A DNA stretch of 32,000 bases from Candidatus Nealsonbacteria bacterium (GTDB taxonomy: Bacteria > Patescibacteriota > Minisyncoccia > Minisyncoccales > MHMH01): contig JBDRKR010000018.1 of the NCBI GenBank assembly GCA_043813805.1, forward strand, positions 3,289 to 35,288, read 5' to 3'. The notes beneath the pieces are model-generated. The model worked only from the letters and a program-made list of their open reading frames with translations. It was not told where the DNA came from and did no database searches. Of the stretch, positions 31,875 to 32,000 are shown one piece after another; positions within the stretch are counted from its first letter, which is position 1, and every line of letters begins with the position of its first letter. Position numbers and translations under genes: made by a program.

Positions 31875-32000
31875 ATGAAGGAAGCGCATCTTTATAAAAA
31901 ATTGAAAAACCAAGTAGTCCAATGTAAAAATTGCGCCCATTATTGTATTGTTTCTCCCGATAAGCGCGGGACTTGCGGCGTCAGGGAGAATATCGCCGGG
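31875..32000 (+). CDS. AmmeMemoRadiSam-system radical SAM enzyme / PFL-activase-like (3' end off-window)
   Basis: Not in the ORF track because it runs off the edge. Translation MKEAHLYKKLKNQVVQCKNCAHYCIVSPDKRGTCGVRENIAG matches the characteristic N-terminal Cys-rich segment of this family. Confidence 0.7.
   Translation, partial: MKEAHLYKKLKNQVVQCKNCAHYCIVSPDKRGTCGVRENIAG

Overview
Gene-dense bacterial segment of about 35 genes. Nearly everything from 6.8 kb to 31.8 kb lies on the minus strand, with frequent 1-26 nt gene overlaps. The content is a stripped-down peptidoglycan (dcw-like) cluster, a short archaeal-type AspRS, SufS/SufE only, one Xer recombinase and many small membrane proteins. 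I infer, but cannot prove, a reduced-genome Patescibacteria/CPR-like organism.

Recognisable genes:
- S41 peptidase (5' partial), rplI, pyrG, rpmA
- a GGR-family flavoprotein, uppS
- an ATP-grasp + FemAB/CelD-like pair, a Xer recombinase, a ZIP transporter, gltX
- murG, ftsW, murD, mraY, a DD-carboxypeptidase, aspS
- a histidine kinase, sufE, sufS, a CheY-like receiver, yjbQ, plsY, murC, thpR
- a partial AmmeMemoRadiSam-type radical SAM gene at the right edge

I saw no rRNA, tRNA, CRISPR array, transposase or prophage genes.

Most interesting observations:
1. A low-GC two-gene cassette (13.1-15.2 kb) pairs a MoaA-family radical SAM enzyme with a truncated pyruvate-kinase homologue. There is no molybdopterin context, so it is a candidate undescribed nucleotide-modifying module.
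2. A PP-loop (GGGKDS) protein sits between mraY and murD and may be a MurL-type epimerase.
3. Two diverged paralogues of an endonuclease-IV-like TIM-barrel metalloprotein are each translationally coupled to lipid-II genes (uppS; murD/ftsW).
4. A 29-nt palindromic hairpin family has 5 copies, one of them inside the murD coding sequence.
5. A 7-nt x 4.4 tandem repeat lies inside murD.
6. A 78-nt strand-specific hairpin built from 8-nt repeats precedes pyrG.
7. Several near-consensus promoters abut start codons, implying leaderless or near-leaderless mRNAs.

All functional calls come from motif reading by eye. No database search was possible.
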